A stretch of 64,000 bases of DNA, taken from sequence record PZ386977.1; one strand, written 5' to 3'. The stretch comes from a phage. Under the pieces are notes generated by a model that was not told the DNA's origin, ran no database searches, and worked only from the letters and a program-made list of their open reading frames with translations. Each line of letters opens with the position of its first letter. Position 1 is the stretch's first letter. Positions 19,463 through 29,633 of this stretch are shown here, one piece after another. Position numbers and translations under genes: made by a program.

Positions 19463-21276
19463 TGGTGTTTAACCCTATGCATGATTTCTTTATTTTTACC
19501 GAGATTAAATCCGCGCTCGTTCGGATTTCCAAGATAACCGCATGTTCTTCTTATGGTGTTCATCTTTTTAGGATCAGTTTCTCCGCAAACTGAACAAACA
19601 AATCCATTTTCGGTAGGAGTCATTTCATGGGTACTTCCACATGTAAAACATTTATCTACTGGCATATTAACACCAAAATAATCTAAATGTTGTGCAGCAT
19701 AATCCCAGACAGCCTCAAGACCTTTTAGGTTATTTTTCATATCAGGAAGTTCAACATAAGAAATGTGACCACCTGTCGCAATGAAATGATATGGCGCTTC
19801 ACGAGAAATCTTTTCAAACGGAGTAATATTTTCTTCTACTGAAACGTGGAAACTGTTAGTGTACCAGCCTTTATCGGTAACATCCTTTACACTTCCATAT
19901 TTTTCTGTATCGAGTTTACAGAAGCGATAACAAAGGTTTTCAGCAGGAGTCGAATATAAACTAAAAGCAAATCCAGTTCTTTCGGTCCACTGTTTAAGAT
20001 GAGCATTCATTTTAGTTAAAATTTCCTGTCCAATATCACGACCGACAAGAATATTCAATTCATGAATACCAATGTATCCTAAAGACACTGAACTTCTACC
20101 GTTTTTAAATAACTCAATTATATCATCATCAGGTTTAAGACGAACCCCGAATGCACCTTCTTGGTAAAGAATAGGAGCAACAGTCGCTTTAACACCCTTT
20201 AAAGAACTAATTCTACACATCAAGGCTTCAAAACACAGATCCATTCGTTCATTAAACAACTCGATAAATTTCTGTTCATTGAACTGTGTTCCAATATAAG
20301 AATCTAATGCGATGCGAGGAAGATTCAGCGTTACAACACCGAGATTATTACGTCCATCAAGAATTTCATTACCAGTCGAATCTTTCCATACGCTCAAGAA
20401 ACTACGGCAACCCATTGGAGAAACTGGAACTGAAGAACCGGTAATAGCTTTATTATTCTTAACCGAAATAATGTCAGGATACATTCTTTTGCTTGCGCAT
20501 TCTAACGCAAGTTGTTTAATATCATAGTTCGGATCATCTTTATAAAGATTAACACCTTCTTCAACAAACATAACAAGTTTAGGAAAAATAGGAGTTATTC
20601 CATCACGACCAAGACCTTTAATGCGGTTTTTAAGAATTGCCTTCTGAATAATTCGTTCAGTCCAGTCAATTCCCGTACCAAATGTAATTGTTACAAAAGG
20701 CGTTTGTCCGTTTGAACTAAAGAGAGTATTTACTTCGTATTCATAAGCTTGGAATGCGTCATAGACATCTTTTTCTGTTTTAGATTGAGCATAATTCAAC
20801 GCATCAGCGATTTGCCATTTTTCTGCATCTTCAACATGTTTAGCGTATGTGCGTTTAACATAAGGAGAAAGTACTTTATCTACATTAGCAAAAGTCGTTC
20901 CGCCATACTGGTGTGAAGCAACTTGTGCGGTAATTTGTGCCATAATTGCAGTAGCAACTCCAATTGATTTAGGAGTTTCAATTTGAGCATTACCTAGCTT
21001 AAATCCGTTCTCAAGCATTCCTTTTAAATCTACTAAACAACAATTAGTAAATGGAAGAGCAGGAGAATAATCAATATCATGAAAATGAATAATTCCGCTT
21101 TCATGCGCTTTCATAATAAAAGACGGGACCATATTTTTGGCAATGTGTTTAGACACAATACCAGCCATAAGGTCCCGTTGAGTTGGAAAAACACGAGAAT
21201 CTTTATTAGCATTCTCGTTTAAAAGGTCTTTATTAGTTTTATGAATCAATCCTTCAATTTCTTTTTCAATTGTCAT
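19459..21276 (-). CDS. nrdD: anaerobic ribonucleoside-triphosphate reductase NrdD
   Basis: 605 aa; C-terminal Zn-ribbon CFTCGSTHEM...CSVCG and glycyl-radical region RRTCGYLG. Confidence 0.95.
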   Translation of the reverse strand: MTIEKEIEGLIHKTNKDLLNENANKDSRVFPTQRDLMAGIVSKHIAKNMVPSFIMKAHESGIIHFHDIDYSPALPFTNCCLVDLKGMLENGFKLGNAQIETPKSIGVATAIMAQITAQVASHQYGGTTFANVDKVLSPYVKRTYAKHVEDAEKWQIADALNYAQSKTEKDVYDAFQAYEYEVNTLFSSNGQTPFVTITFGTGIDWTERIIQKAILKNRIKGLGRDGITPIFPKLVMFVEEGVNLYKDDPNYDIKQLALECASKRMYPDIISVKNNKAITGSSVPVSPMGCRSFLSVWKDSTGNEILDGRNNLGVVTLNLPRIALDSYIGTQFNEQKFIELFNERMDLCFEALMCRISSLKGVKATVAPILYQEGAFGVRLKPDDDIIELFKNGRSSVSLGYIGIHELNILVGRDIGQEILTKMNAHLKQWTERTGFAFSLYSTPAENLCYRFCKLDTEKYGSVKDVTDKGWYTNSFHVSVEENITPFEKISREAPYHFIATGGHISYVELPDMKNNLKGLEAVWDYAAQHLDYFGVNMPVDKCFTCGSTHEMTPTENGFVCSVCGETDPKKMNTIRRTCGYLGNPNERGFNLGKNKEIMHRVKHQ

Positions 21277-21746
21277 TTTAAACTCTTTCTAAGCTGCTTT
21301 TTGAATGAAGCTATTAATTGCGTTTTAGTATCAGATTCATTATATTCAAATCCTCTTTGAAGCATCTCAGCCATCATTTCCTCTTTACCTAGTCTTGAGA
21401 ACTCTTTAGTTTTGTCTGGAACAAAATTAGGATGGATATTATTATCAGAATAATCTTGTTTCAAATAAGCAAGAAGAGATTCAAGCCATTCGAGGTAATC
21501 AACGTTTTGACCTTTAAGACCAGAACGGTTGAACTTATGCTTCATTTGACCTTCTGCTGCGTTGCACAGATTACAGAGTAACCCACGAACTCTACCTGCT
21601 TTTGGCCCGTTTAATTCGTGGTCGTGGTCAAGATGGTTACCTTGAACATCAGGGTCTAATTCACGGTGGCAAATAGGACACTTACCGTTCTGTGCATCAT
21701 AAAATTTTTGTTTTTCTTCTTTATATTTTGCGCCTGACAATAACAT
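21273..21746 (-). CDS. 49: endonuclease VII (gp49), Holliday-junction resolvase
   Basis: 157 aa; CPICHRELD...HLDHDHELNGPKAGRVRGLLCNLCNAAEG as in T4 gp49. Confidence 0.9.
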   Translation of the reverse strand: MLLSGAKYKEEKQKFYDAQNGKCPICHRELDPDVQGNHLDHDHELNGPKAGRVRGLLCNLCNAAEGQMKHKFNRSGLKGQNVDYLEWLESLLAYLKQDYSDNNIHPNFVPDKTKEFSRLGKEEMMAEMLQRGFEYNESDTKTQLIASFKKQLRKSLK

Positions 21747-21781
21747 GATAAACCCTTACCTTAAATAGATAAGGGTATTTA

Positions 21782-22195
21782 TTAACTTAAACGTCTTTCT
21801 AAATATTCAATGTATTCTGCGGCTGCTTGCATCAGGTTACCTTCATAGCCGTCGTTATTTTCTTGTCCGGCTAATTTAGCTAAAGCATAAGAAATACGTT
21901 CACCTTCGAATTCGCCAAGTTCACCATCACAAACTACTTGGTCAATTTCTTCGAGTTCATCTATTGAATGGGATTCCCAGAAGCACCAAAGAGAAGTATC
22001 ACGGTCATAGATGCAAAGTTTCTCACCTGTGTTCAACATCACTTCGTTAATGCCATGGTCGCCATAACCATCTTCGGTAGTAGTACCAATTACCTTGATG
22101 ATTGTGCCTTTCTTTAATTCAGGAAACTTGACTTGTAGTTCTTCATCTTCTTTAACAATCTTGAACCATTTACCGCGAGTTTCAGAAATATTCAT
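21782..22195 (-). CDS. hypothetical acidic protein
   Basis: 137-aa ORF. Confidence 0.5.
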   Translation of the reverse strand: MNISETRGKWFKIVKEDEELQVKFPELKKGTIIKVIGTTTEDGYGDHGINEVMLNTGEKLCIYDRDTSLWCFWESHSIDELEEIDQVVCDGELGEFEGERISYALAKLAGQENNDGYEGNLMQAAAEYIEYLERRLS

Positions 22196-22196
22196 A

Positions 22197-22394
22197 TCAA
22201 TATTCTCTATAAAAGTTACGATGAGAACGTTTAGCTTTGCGAAGCTGACGTTTAGTAGGACGAACCGTAAAAGGTTTACCGGAGAAAAAATTCGGTTCAG
22301 TTTTAATTAACAAATACCATCCTTTTTTGCCACTTTTGAATGAACGATACCTCAATTCAACTTGCATAATAATCTCTTCCCATTTCCATATCAA
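22197..22394 (-). CDS. hypothetical basic protein
   Basis: 65-aa ORF. Confidence 0.4.
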   Translation of the reverse strand: MIWKWEEIIMQVELRYRSFKSGKKGWYLLIKTEPNFFSGKPFTVRPTKRQLRKAKRSHRNFYREY

Positions 22395-22495
22395 TTAATT
22401 CATTTATTGAAGGTTCATCATAACACGTTTCTTCGTCGTTGTAAACTGTTTCGACGTCTGGCTCGACAGTTTCCCATCGAGCCGAATACCATGGC

Positions 22496-22852
22496 TTAAC
22501 CCCGGAGTTTATTGAGCTCTTCATAATCAATCCAGGATTCTAGCCCTGACGGCAGATCACATTCAATGTTCCACAGAAGCTCTTCAATGGCTTGCAGGCG
22601 ATTATATTCTTCAACAGTAATGGTAACCATTGGTGCAACCGGTTCTGCCTTTTTAATCATCATGTCATTCATCAGGACGTAAAGGTCATCACGAACGTCA
22701 GTGTCGTTCCAACCCCATGATTTGGCTTCATAAGCTAATGATGAAGGGAGCACATTTAAAACTTCAATAATAGTTGGAGCATCAGGACCAAGTTCATTGG
22801 CACAAACTTCGTATGCATCTTGGAAATCTTTAAGATTTAATGAATATGTCAT
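22496..22852 (-). CDS. hypothetical protein
   Basis: 118-aa ORF. Confidence 0.5.
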   Translation of the reverse strand: MTYSLNLKDFQDAYEVCANELGPDAPTIIEVLNVLPSSLAYEAKSWGWNDTDVRDDLYVLMNDMMIKKAEPVAPMVTITVEEYNRLQAIEELLWNIECDLPSGLESWIDYEELNKLRG

Positions 22853-22870
22853 TTAAAATTTTCTCGCAGG

Positions 22871-23167
22871 TTATTGTTCTACCCATGAACAAGAGACTTC
22901 AAAATCAGGACCACCGTATTCCCAGTGATATTCACCAACAGGAATCCAGTCACCGTGCTCGTTTTCTTCATAGTCCTCAGGCTCAAGGCCAACGAATCGC
23001 CATTGGACACCGATGATTCGATTACCCATTAATATACGAAATTCACCCCATGGATTATCGATAGCATACTGAATATCGTTCTTGGCACGAGAGCACATTT
23101 CTTGATATAATAAAGCTTCTAATTCACCCTGGTCATAAGGGCCAGGGAAAGTTAAATCAATACTCAT
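22871..23167 (-). CDS. hypothetical protein
   Basis: 98-aa ORF. Confidence 0.5.
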   Translation of the reverse strand: MSIDLTFPGPYDQGELEALLYQEMCSRAKNDIQYAIDNPWGEFRILMGNRIIGVQWRFVGLEPEDYEENEHGDWIPVGEYHWEYGGPDFEVSCSWVEQ

Positions 23168-23427
23168 TTAAAATATTCTCGCAGTTGGTCAAATCCACCA
23201 ATATGACTTCCATCAGGAGCAAATACCTGAGGCATAGTCAATCCAACTTGTGATTCACGTCCTAGTTTATTCAGAAGCTCGTCAATTTTTTCTTCATCAA
23301 ATACACCTTTCTCTGGCATCACGTTAATGAATTCGAACGGCTGTTTCTTAACAGTCAGCAATCGTTTCGCATTATCACAATAAATGCATTTATGAATAGT
23401 AGAGTCATACCCGTACACTTTAAACAT
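23164..23427 (-). CDS. nrdC: thioredoxin NrdC
   Basis: MFKVYGYDSTIHKCIYCDNAKRLL...GLTMPQVFAPDGSHIGGFDQLREYFK matches T4 NrdC; start at internal ATG. Confidence 0.9.
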   Translation of the reverse strand: MFKVYGYDSTIHKCIYCDNAKRLLTVKKQPFEFINVMPEKGVFDEEKIDELLNKLGRESQVGLTMPQVFAPDGSHIGGFDQLREYFK

Positions 23428-23833
23428 TATTTTTCCTTTCATCAATTAAATATGCAATGCCAAATACAATACATGTAATAAAACCTGTGATACAGATAGA
23501 AACCAACAACACTGTACCAAAGAACCAAATCAAGTTATCTTTAGTAGTTTGTTTGATATCCATCTCACGAATTTCTATAGCTATCGTATCACCTTTATTC
23601 AGAAGCGTATAAAACGATGGCGATACACGCCTGTCAAAAACTCGTCCTTGCTCATCTTTATAGACTGCAATAAATTCTAAATTAGAATATTTTCCTGTAG
23701 ATTGGCCTGAGATTAATTCCACTACCTCCACAGGAATTACTTTAGTTTCCATGTAAGTATTCTGGCTGTTCCAAATGAATGGAATAACGGCAAAAACTAA
23801 AGCTGCGATAAAACAACGAAGGCTATATCTCAT
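23420..23833 (-). CDS. membrane protein
   Basis: 137 aa with N- and C-terminal hydrophobic helices. Confidence 0.5.
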   Translation of the reverse strand: MRYSLRCFIAALVFAVIPFIWNSQNTYMETKVIPVEVVELISGQSTGKYSNLEFIAVYKDEQGRVFDRRVSPSFYTLLNKGDTIAIEIREMDIKQTTKDNLIWFFGTVLLVSICITGFITCIVFGIAYLIDERKNNV

Positions 23834-24138
23834 TATAATGTTCTCTCAAATTTGTGGAAGCATTTACGACATTTCAATTTCAAGTTATCAGTGGTCCAGT
23901 TAACCAGTTGGACTTGGATAGTTCCACATTCCGGGCATGGATGTTTTGCTGCCGATTTGGCAGCATTTTCACGTCGTTCAACCATTTTCATTATTTCGTT
24001 CCATGCCGGAGGAACGAACTCTTCTTCACCGTGGATTTTATCTCGCTGAACAAATTCAATCTTTGAACTATCGTCAATAAACTTAACCAAGCCATGATTA
24101 GTGCTCATATCAATATCCTCTAAAAGACGTAGTTTCAT
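23833..24138 (-). CDS. zinc-ribbon protein
   Basis: 101 aa; CPECG...CRKC. Confidence 0.5.
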   Translation of the reverse strand: MKLRLLEDIDMSTNHGLVKFIDDSSKIEFVQRDKIHGEEEFVPPAWNEIMKMVERRENAAKSAAKHPCPECGTIQVQLVNWTTDNLKLKCRKCFHKFERTL

Positions 24139-25088
24139 TATAACACCTCAATGGCATTTCGTAAACCGTCCGCTTTCGCATTCAGAGCTTTTAACGATTT
24201 AGTTTGTTCTTTAATCTGGGCTTCGACTTCTTTCAGACGAGATTTGAGGTACTCACGTTCTTCGCTCAAGTTGTCAACTTTTTCTACTTTAGGTTCTTTA
24301 ATAGTCTTAAGTTTATACTCGTTAGGGTTCTTCAACTTAATTCGGGTACGAGAACTATATAACATTGAACCGTTATCTTCGGATTCGTCGAACGTTTCAA
24401 CAACATCCATAGTCTCTAACAATGTAATAAGTTTATAAGACAACGAACGAATAGTTTTGTTGTGCTTATTAATTTCTTCGGCTTTCATGGTACCGAGATT
24501 ACGTGAGTAGTAATAAGGAACCTGGATATCAATTGATAATGATGCGTTACCATTACCAGTTGGTTTGAATACTGCAGTAACCCAATCTTTAACATGAACT
24601 TTATTTGTACGGCCATCACCGCCAGTGAATAATTTACGAGAATGTTTAAAAAGCATATTCACTTGTTTATTGAATTCACAAGCAAATTTATCAGCAAATT
24701 TAGTTTCAGGAATGGTAGATAACCAATCAGCCAAATGAGTCTTTTTAACATCATTAACAATAGTGAATTCAACCAAATCGGTTTTAGATGTCACAGATTT
24801 AATAAAGCTCGGCTTCATAAAGTTTTTAATGTTATCGCGAGCTACAGTAGAAGATAATAAACGAGAACGTTTGAACCATTGAAGCAGGGTCCCTAATGAA
24901 TGAGAATACGCATTCTGAGTATCTTTACAGATATGATTTTCTTGGCCTGTGTATGTACCAAAATCGCGAAGAATACCACTTACTACATCTCGGTGCGGAA
25001 CATCAAATCCTAGTGCACCAGAAGCGCGCTGAGCATGAACGTTAGCGATAAGACCGGCAAAGTATTCAATGTAATGTGAACGTGTCAT
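24138..25088 (-). CDS. hypothetical protein with C-terminal coiled coil
   Basis: 316-aa ORF with own early promoter. Confidence 0.55.
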   Translation of the reverse strand: MTRSHYIEYFAGLIANVHAQRASGALGFDVPHRDVVSGILRDFGTYTGQENHICKDTQNAYSHSLGTLLQWFKRSRLLSSTVARDNIKNFMKPSFIKSVTSKTDLVEFTIVNDVKKTHLADWLSTIPETKFADKFACEFNKQVNMLFKHSRKLFTGGDGRTNKVHVKDWVTAVFKPTGNGNASLSIDIQVPYYYSRNLGTMKAEEINKHNKTIRSLSYKLITLLETMDVVETFDESEDNGSMLYSSRTRIKLKNPNEYKLKTIKEPKVEKVDNLSEEREYLKSRLKEVEAQIKEQTKSLKALNAKADGLRNAIEVL

Positions 25089-25116
25089 AATATTTTCCTC
25101 TCGTTAAGATAGATTC

Positions 25117-25146
25117 ATTATACTCCGACCATCCTTGGTTGTAAAC
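25117..25146 (-). promoter_or_regulatory. early promoter GTTTACA-N17-TATAAT
   Basis: minus-strand GTTTACAACCAAGGATGGTCGGAGTATAAT upstream of 25088 start. Confidence 0.55.
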
Positions 25147-25150
25147 TATT

Positions 25151-26110
25151 TTATGATTTTAATGCATTCATTGCGTTAAAAAGTTTAGAATACTGCAACT
25201 GGAGATTCGTTACAACACTTTGAGCATCACGAAGCTTAGCTTGTGCTTTGTCAAGTTCAACAGACAGTTGGTCCATAGTGACCTTGATTTGATTGTAATG
25301 GTAATCTTCGACCGGAAGAAGGTCATTAGAAACATTTAGTTTTACTGCAGACAGTTTGCACACATTTGGCGAACCTTTAAACATTGATTTACCCGAAGTA
25401 GAATAAGCACTTAGGACTTCGGCCTGTTCAATTGGGGTCCCAGTAAGCGATGCTTCAAACAATGCATTTTCCTTTTTAAGATTTTGATAGTATTCAGAGT
25501 CTTTGTGCCACCATGGCGCAGGAACCTTTTTACCAATAGATACACGAGCCTGGATAGCGATATGGCCCTTATTCTTGATAGGGTCGACAATATTAAGCTC
25601 ACGAGAATAAATTGCTTTAATCTGGTGGATATTATCACCTAAAACTTCCAACGCTTGGTGGAATACACGAGCAACGTTATCATTCTTAGGTTTATACGTA
25701 AGAGTGAACTCATTCTCACTGATAACCATGATTTCCAACTTATCGTAAGTATATTTCAAATGTTTCATGTTAATTGCTTGAGGACGAATACGAGAAGCAA
25801 TGGCCATCAGATTGTTAAGGTTATTCCGGAACTGCTTAGCGAAATATTGTCCTTCACCGCCAATACAAAAATTACGAAGTTTCTGTTTGGCTAGTAAACG
25901 GCTGAACTCACCATTTTTAATGAACTCTTTAACGGGTGTGTTAGTAACGCATTCAAATTGAGTAAACGTACGAGAATTAATCCCATAATACGAACAGATT
26001 TCCTCAATCTCTTCAGGAGTCTTTACAGGCATACGGATAGGATTAGGTTCTGGGGTATATGCGTTCGAGGTAAATTCTTTGATAAGTTCTCTACGTGTAA
26101 TAAAAGCCAT
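25151..26110 (-). CDS. hypothetical protein with C-terminal coiled coil
   Basis: 319-aa ORF. Confidence 0.55.
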   Translation of the reverse strand: MAFITRRELIKEFTSNAYTPEPNPIRMPVKTPEEIEEICSYYGINSRTFTQFECVTNTPVKEFIKNGEFSRLLAKQKLRNFCIGGEGQYFAKQFRNNLNNLMAIASRIRPQAINMKHLKYTYDKLEIMVISENEFTLTYKPKNDNVARVFHQALEVLGDNIHQIKAIYSRELNIVDPIKNKGHIAIQARVSIGKKVPAPWWHKDSEYYQNLKKENALFEASLTGTPIEQAEVLSAYSTSGKSMFKGSPNVCKLSAVKLNVSNDLLPVEDYHYNQIKVTMDQLSVELDKAQAKLRDAQSVVTNLQLQYSKLFNAMNALKS

Positions 26111-26136
26111 TTTATATTCCTCATGTTGAAAAATTT

Positions 26137-26165
26137 ATTATACTCCAACCATCCTTGGTTGTACA
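26137..26165 (-). promoter_or_regulatory. early promoter TGTACA-N17-TATAAT (duplicate of the 25117 cassette)
   Basis: spacer ACCAAGGATGGTTGGAG differs by 1 nt from the 25117-25146 copy. Confidence 0.5.
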
Positions 26166-27161
26166 TCATTCCTTAAGAAGTTTTACTACCTGAATAAGAT
26201 TAGCTCGTTCTGTTTTATTTTTACCGTTTAAGCCTGCTAATCGTGAGATTTCATCGTCAGTTTGTTGAATAGTTACATTAAGTTCATTAATCAAAGCTTC
26301 AAAGTATTTGATTTGCTCAGCATGTTTTGATTCAAATTTCTGAACCGGAATAACGTCTTGGTTTAGTTCGTCAATAAGGTCTTTAAGAGCATCTTCTTGG
26401 TTGATATCATATTCAACTTCTTTTATTTCTTCAACGAGCTCGTCTTTATATCTAACGTCTTTTAGTCCTGGTGCTGGTCCTGAAATCTCTTCTTTAAGAG
26501 TACAAACATACCCAATACGGTATCCAGTGCCGTCTCGCTTGATATCAACTTCGTCGATAAATCCACAATGTTTAAGTCCAGAGCCGATTATGTCAAAATA
26601 TCCTTGACGTCGTCCTTCAAACGTTACACGAACTACTAAGATAGTTTTGCCACCAACCTTTTGAAGCTCACATTTATAAAAGTTTGTTGAACCTGAATAA
26701 CGTGGATGAGTTTTAAAGTTCATCTGACGATCTAGGCCCATTTGTAAACGCGCTGTTACAGCCATAAAACGTGTTTGGTTCTCGTTAAGATGAGCAACGA
26801 TCCATTTCAAAGGCATTTTACACTGTTCACGACCGAACAAATCAGTACGTCCTAGATTACGCAGGATGTTGTTAGAGTTAATCATCGACAGAACGTTAAG
26901 TTTATTCAGCGCGCTGAAGATTCCATCAGCCATTGATTTTCCATAACCTTTACACGCTTTAATAAGTGCTCGTGGCAGATTAGTATAGATTTCAGACGGC
27001 ATATGAAAATCAAATTTACTAGTCAGTAATTGATGAACTTGGATAGCAATTTGCTCATAATTAAGTGCTCTGCGATCGTTATGGTCTTTAAACCACACTT
27101 TAATCTGTGAAGCACATAAACCGTTAATTTCATGTTTTACCGCATCAGATGTAATGCTCAT
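26166..27161 (-). CDS. hypothetical protein with C-terminal coiled coil
   Basis: 331-aa ORF. Confidence 0.55.
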   Translation of the reverse strand: MSITSDAVKHEINGLCASQIKVWFKDHNDRRALNYEQIAIQVHQLLTSKFDFHMPSEIYTNLPRALIKACKGYGKSMADGIFSALNKLNVLSMINSNNILRNLGRTDLFGREQCKMPLKWIVAHLNENQTRFMAVTARLQMGLDRQMNFKTHPRYSGSTNFYKCELQKVGGKTILVVRVTFEGRRQGYFDIIGSGLKHCGFIDEVDIKRDGTGYRIGYVCTLKEEISGPAPGLKDVRYKDELVEEIKEVEYDINQEDALKDLIDELNQDVIPVQKFESKHAEQIKYFEALINELNVTIQQTDDEISRLAGLNGKNKTERANLIQVVKLLKE

Positions 27162-27223
27162 AACTATTTCCTCAGATTGAATTGGAACTCAAAACCATTA
27201 TAACCCGTCCTTGGGTAAAGCGT

Positions 27224-27751
27224 TTATGCGTGAACCGTCTTTAAACGTTCTTCAAATTTCCGAAGAGTACTAATACGTTCTGCTTTCTGTTTTGTATAGT
27301 TTGCAATACGTTCTGAAGTGAGAGCGTATCGTTCGTTTACTGTTTCTTTCATGAAGTCAGGGATTTCACGAGAAGCTTTAATTTCATCAAACTTATCGAG
27401 TACTGCCTGGTCTTCAGCGATTAAATTTTCGTACATCTCGATATCTTTCTTGATAAACTCGATATCTTCCTGGGTTACTTTGGATAAACGAGATGCTTTA
27501 TCCTTTTTGTACTGCTCGTTAGTTTCACGAGACCAGAATAATGTACGTTTTTTGTTAGTGTTTTTGTAGACTTCCACAATTCCAACTGAATCGATGATAA
27601 CAATCCAATTCCAGTGAGATTTGAAAATCTGACCTCCGTCCACGGTAATCTCGTTACCATAAGCAACATCGTTAAAGAACTTGCTTTGTGCTTCAGATTT
27701 AAATTTACCGTCGTTATAATTTACCAGGTTGAAAATATCTTTAGCGTTCAT
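27224..27751 (-). CDS. hypothetical protein
   Basis: 175-aa ORF. Confidence 0.5.
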   Translation of the reverse strand: MNAKDIFNLVNYNDGKFKSEAQSKFFNDVAYGNEITVDGGQIFKSHWNWIVIIDSVGIVEVYKNTNKKRTLFWSRETNEQYKKDKASRLSKVTQEDIEFIKKDIEMYENLIAEDQAVLDKFDEIKASREIPDFMKETVNERYALTSERIANYTKQKAERISTLRKFEERLKTVHA

Positions 27752-27809
27752 GTTTTACCTCCAGTAGTTGATAGGTCTATAATAACATAACCATAGACCT
27801 TGTAAACAA

Positions 27810-28097
27810 CTAAAAGAAACTTTTTTCGGTATTTTTTCCACTGAACCAAACAGACTTCGGGGTTTTTTGTAATTTTTCAGATTTAAGTTTCTCTTCCTGT
27901 TCTTTCTTATATACACTCTTGTCGTACTGGAGCATCTCTATGGCATTCTTTTGCAAATGATCTAAGGTAATTAAGGCTTTAGTTTTTCCTTTCAAGGAAG
28001 AGTCCTGGCGAACTTCCTCGCTATATTGCATCGTAGAACTAACCATACGATGTGCATACAGTTCGAATGCGGCTTTGATTTTTTGCATAAAATCCAT
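27810..28097 (-). CDS. hypothetical protein
   Basis: 95-aa ORF. Confidence 0.45.
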   Translation of the reverse strand: MDFMQKIKAAFELYAHRMVSSTMQYSEEVRQDSSLKGKTKALITLDHLQKNAIEMLQYDKSVYKKEQEEKLKSEKLQKTPKSVWFSGKNTEKSFF

Positions 28098-28235
28098 AAC
28101 ATATCCTCTTTGATTTGTACATCATTATTTTTAAATATTTCTATGCCCTCAGTAGGTTCCTGGTGTCCTTCTTTGAGGTAAGCCATATGATTATTCATCT
28201 TTATGGCTTTTGTTACCTCAGGACTTCCTGTAAGC

Positions 28236-29237
28236 TTATTTCAGTAAAGTTACTTCAGAGATTTCCTCCCAACCATCTTTATCAGTTGAAATAAAATCTG
28301 CTACATAAAGAGCCGTACGTAATGATACATTGCGAAGACGAGATACGTTAGCCTTCATCCAGGACAATGCTTTGTACGTTTCAGCATCAGTCAAGCCACG
28401 TTTCTGCATCATGTCAGTAGATAATATTACATCTTCAACTCGAACCATAATCTCTTCATTAGAGTGTACTCCAAGATCGAGATATACTGAACGAGATACT
28501 AAAGCTTGAAGGTGAGGAGCAAGTTTCGAACCACGTTCTAACTCTTTATCGATATCAACGTTTGTAATGAAAACGATAGTACCTTCAAACTCAAATTCTT
28601 TATCGATACCCTTATCATCAAGATAAGATGATGCAGTGCTCCAGCAAACTTTGCGTTTATCACCGGTATCTAATGCGGCTTTAAGAAGGTTCAGGATGTC
28701 CATATCCGAGAATACGTCAACGTCGTCGATTAAGAGAACGCTGTCTGCATCACGGTTGAGCCAAAGTTGTTCGTAAAGGCCAATACCAGAGATTTTACCA
28801 TTAATGCTTTTGTATTTGATGAAACCATTATCATTAGCACTATTAAGTGCTTTATCCAGAGAATACGTCTTACCAATACCGGCTGCACCTGAAATAATGA
28901 GTGAACGAATTTTGCCATCGATAATGCCATTCGTCATCATGTTCATTACTTTAAAGCGTTTGTTGATACGAGTTTTCATATCTTCAGTGCTTTCAACAAC
29001 TGCAACTGGTGTTGTCTCAACTCCTTCCATTACGATGTCTGATTTGAAGACCCATACTCCACGTTCAGAACCATCAATCATAACGAAAATTTTACCATCA
29101 CCTAAGTGGGAACATTCAGGATTAAGCTTTGCTGGGAACCAGGTCTTTGTGGCAACATAAGATCCAGAGATTTCGTTATTACGATAGATACCTTTTTTGA
29201 TTTGAACGTTGAACATTTTATTCTCCAATTTACTCAT
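28236..29237 (-). CDS. P-loop NTPase
   Basis: 333 aa; Walker A SGAAGIGKTYS, Walker B VLLIDDVD. Confidence 0.6.
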   Translation of the reverse strand: MSKLENKMFNVQIKKGIYRNNEISGSYVATKTWFPAKLNPECSHLGDGKIFVMIDGSERGVWVFKSDIVMEGVETTPVAVVESTEDMKTRINKRFKVMNMMTNGIIDGKIRSLIISGAAGIGKTYSLDKALNSANDNGFIKYKSINGKISGIGLYEQLWLNRDADSVLLIDDVDVFSDMDILNLLKAALDTGDKRKVCWSTASSYLDDKGIDKEFEFEGTIVFITNVDIDKELERGSKLAPHLQALVSRSVYLDLGVHSNEEIMVRVEDVILSTDMMQKRGLTDAETYKALSWMKANVSRLRNVSLRTALYVADFISTDKDGWEEISEVTLLK

Positions 29238-29305
29238 TTCGTTTCGATAGGTCTATAATAACATATCCTAAAAGCATGTACACTACTTTTTTTAAAATAT
29301 TTTAA

Positions 29306-29332
29306 CCCCCTAAAGGGACCCGAAGGTCCCCA
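29306..29332 (-). terminator. stem-loop module (GGGACC-UUCG-GGUCCC) after stop codon
   Basis: 27-mer identical to 47507..47533; no clean U-tract, so may be a processing/stability hairpin rather than a terminator. Confidence 0.4.
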
Positions 29333-29335
29333 CAT

Positions 29336-29602
29336 TTACTTATCGCACTTAGCAACATAATTAGGCATATCACAGAATACAGAGTGAGTAACTACTCTGC
29401 CCTTTGACCATGCTTCAGTTGCTTGTCCAGCCGTGCTATTAATATAGCTTGATTTGATATTCTCAATACCCTGAGAATGTGAAGCATTTACCGAACCATT
29501 GGAAGGCCCAGAAGACTGGTTACCACCAGCTCCTGCACCCGTGGTAGCACCAACAGAGAACGCCATCATTACTGCGAATAAACCAATTACTAATTTTTTC
29601 AT
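29336..29602 (-). CDS. small secreted protein
   Basis: 88 aa; signal peptide MKKLVIGLFAVMMAFSVGA; minus-strand TATAAATA late-promoter motif about 25 nt upstream of the ATG. Confidence 0.5.
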   Translation of the reverse strand: MKKLVIGLFAVMMAFSVGATTGAGAGGNQSSGPSNGSVNASHSQGIENIKSSYINSTAGQATEAWSKGRVVTHSVFCDMPNYVAKCDK

Positions 29603-29633
29603 ATTTACCTCAAGTGAATGGTTATTTATCTAT

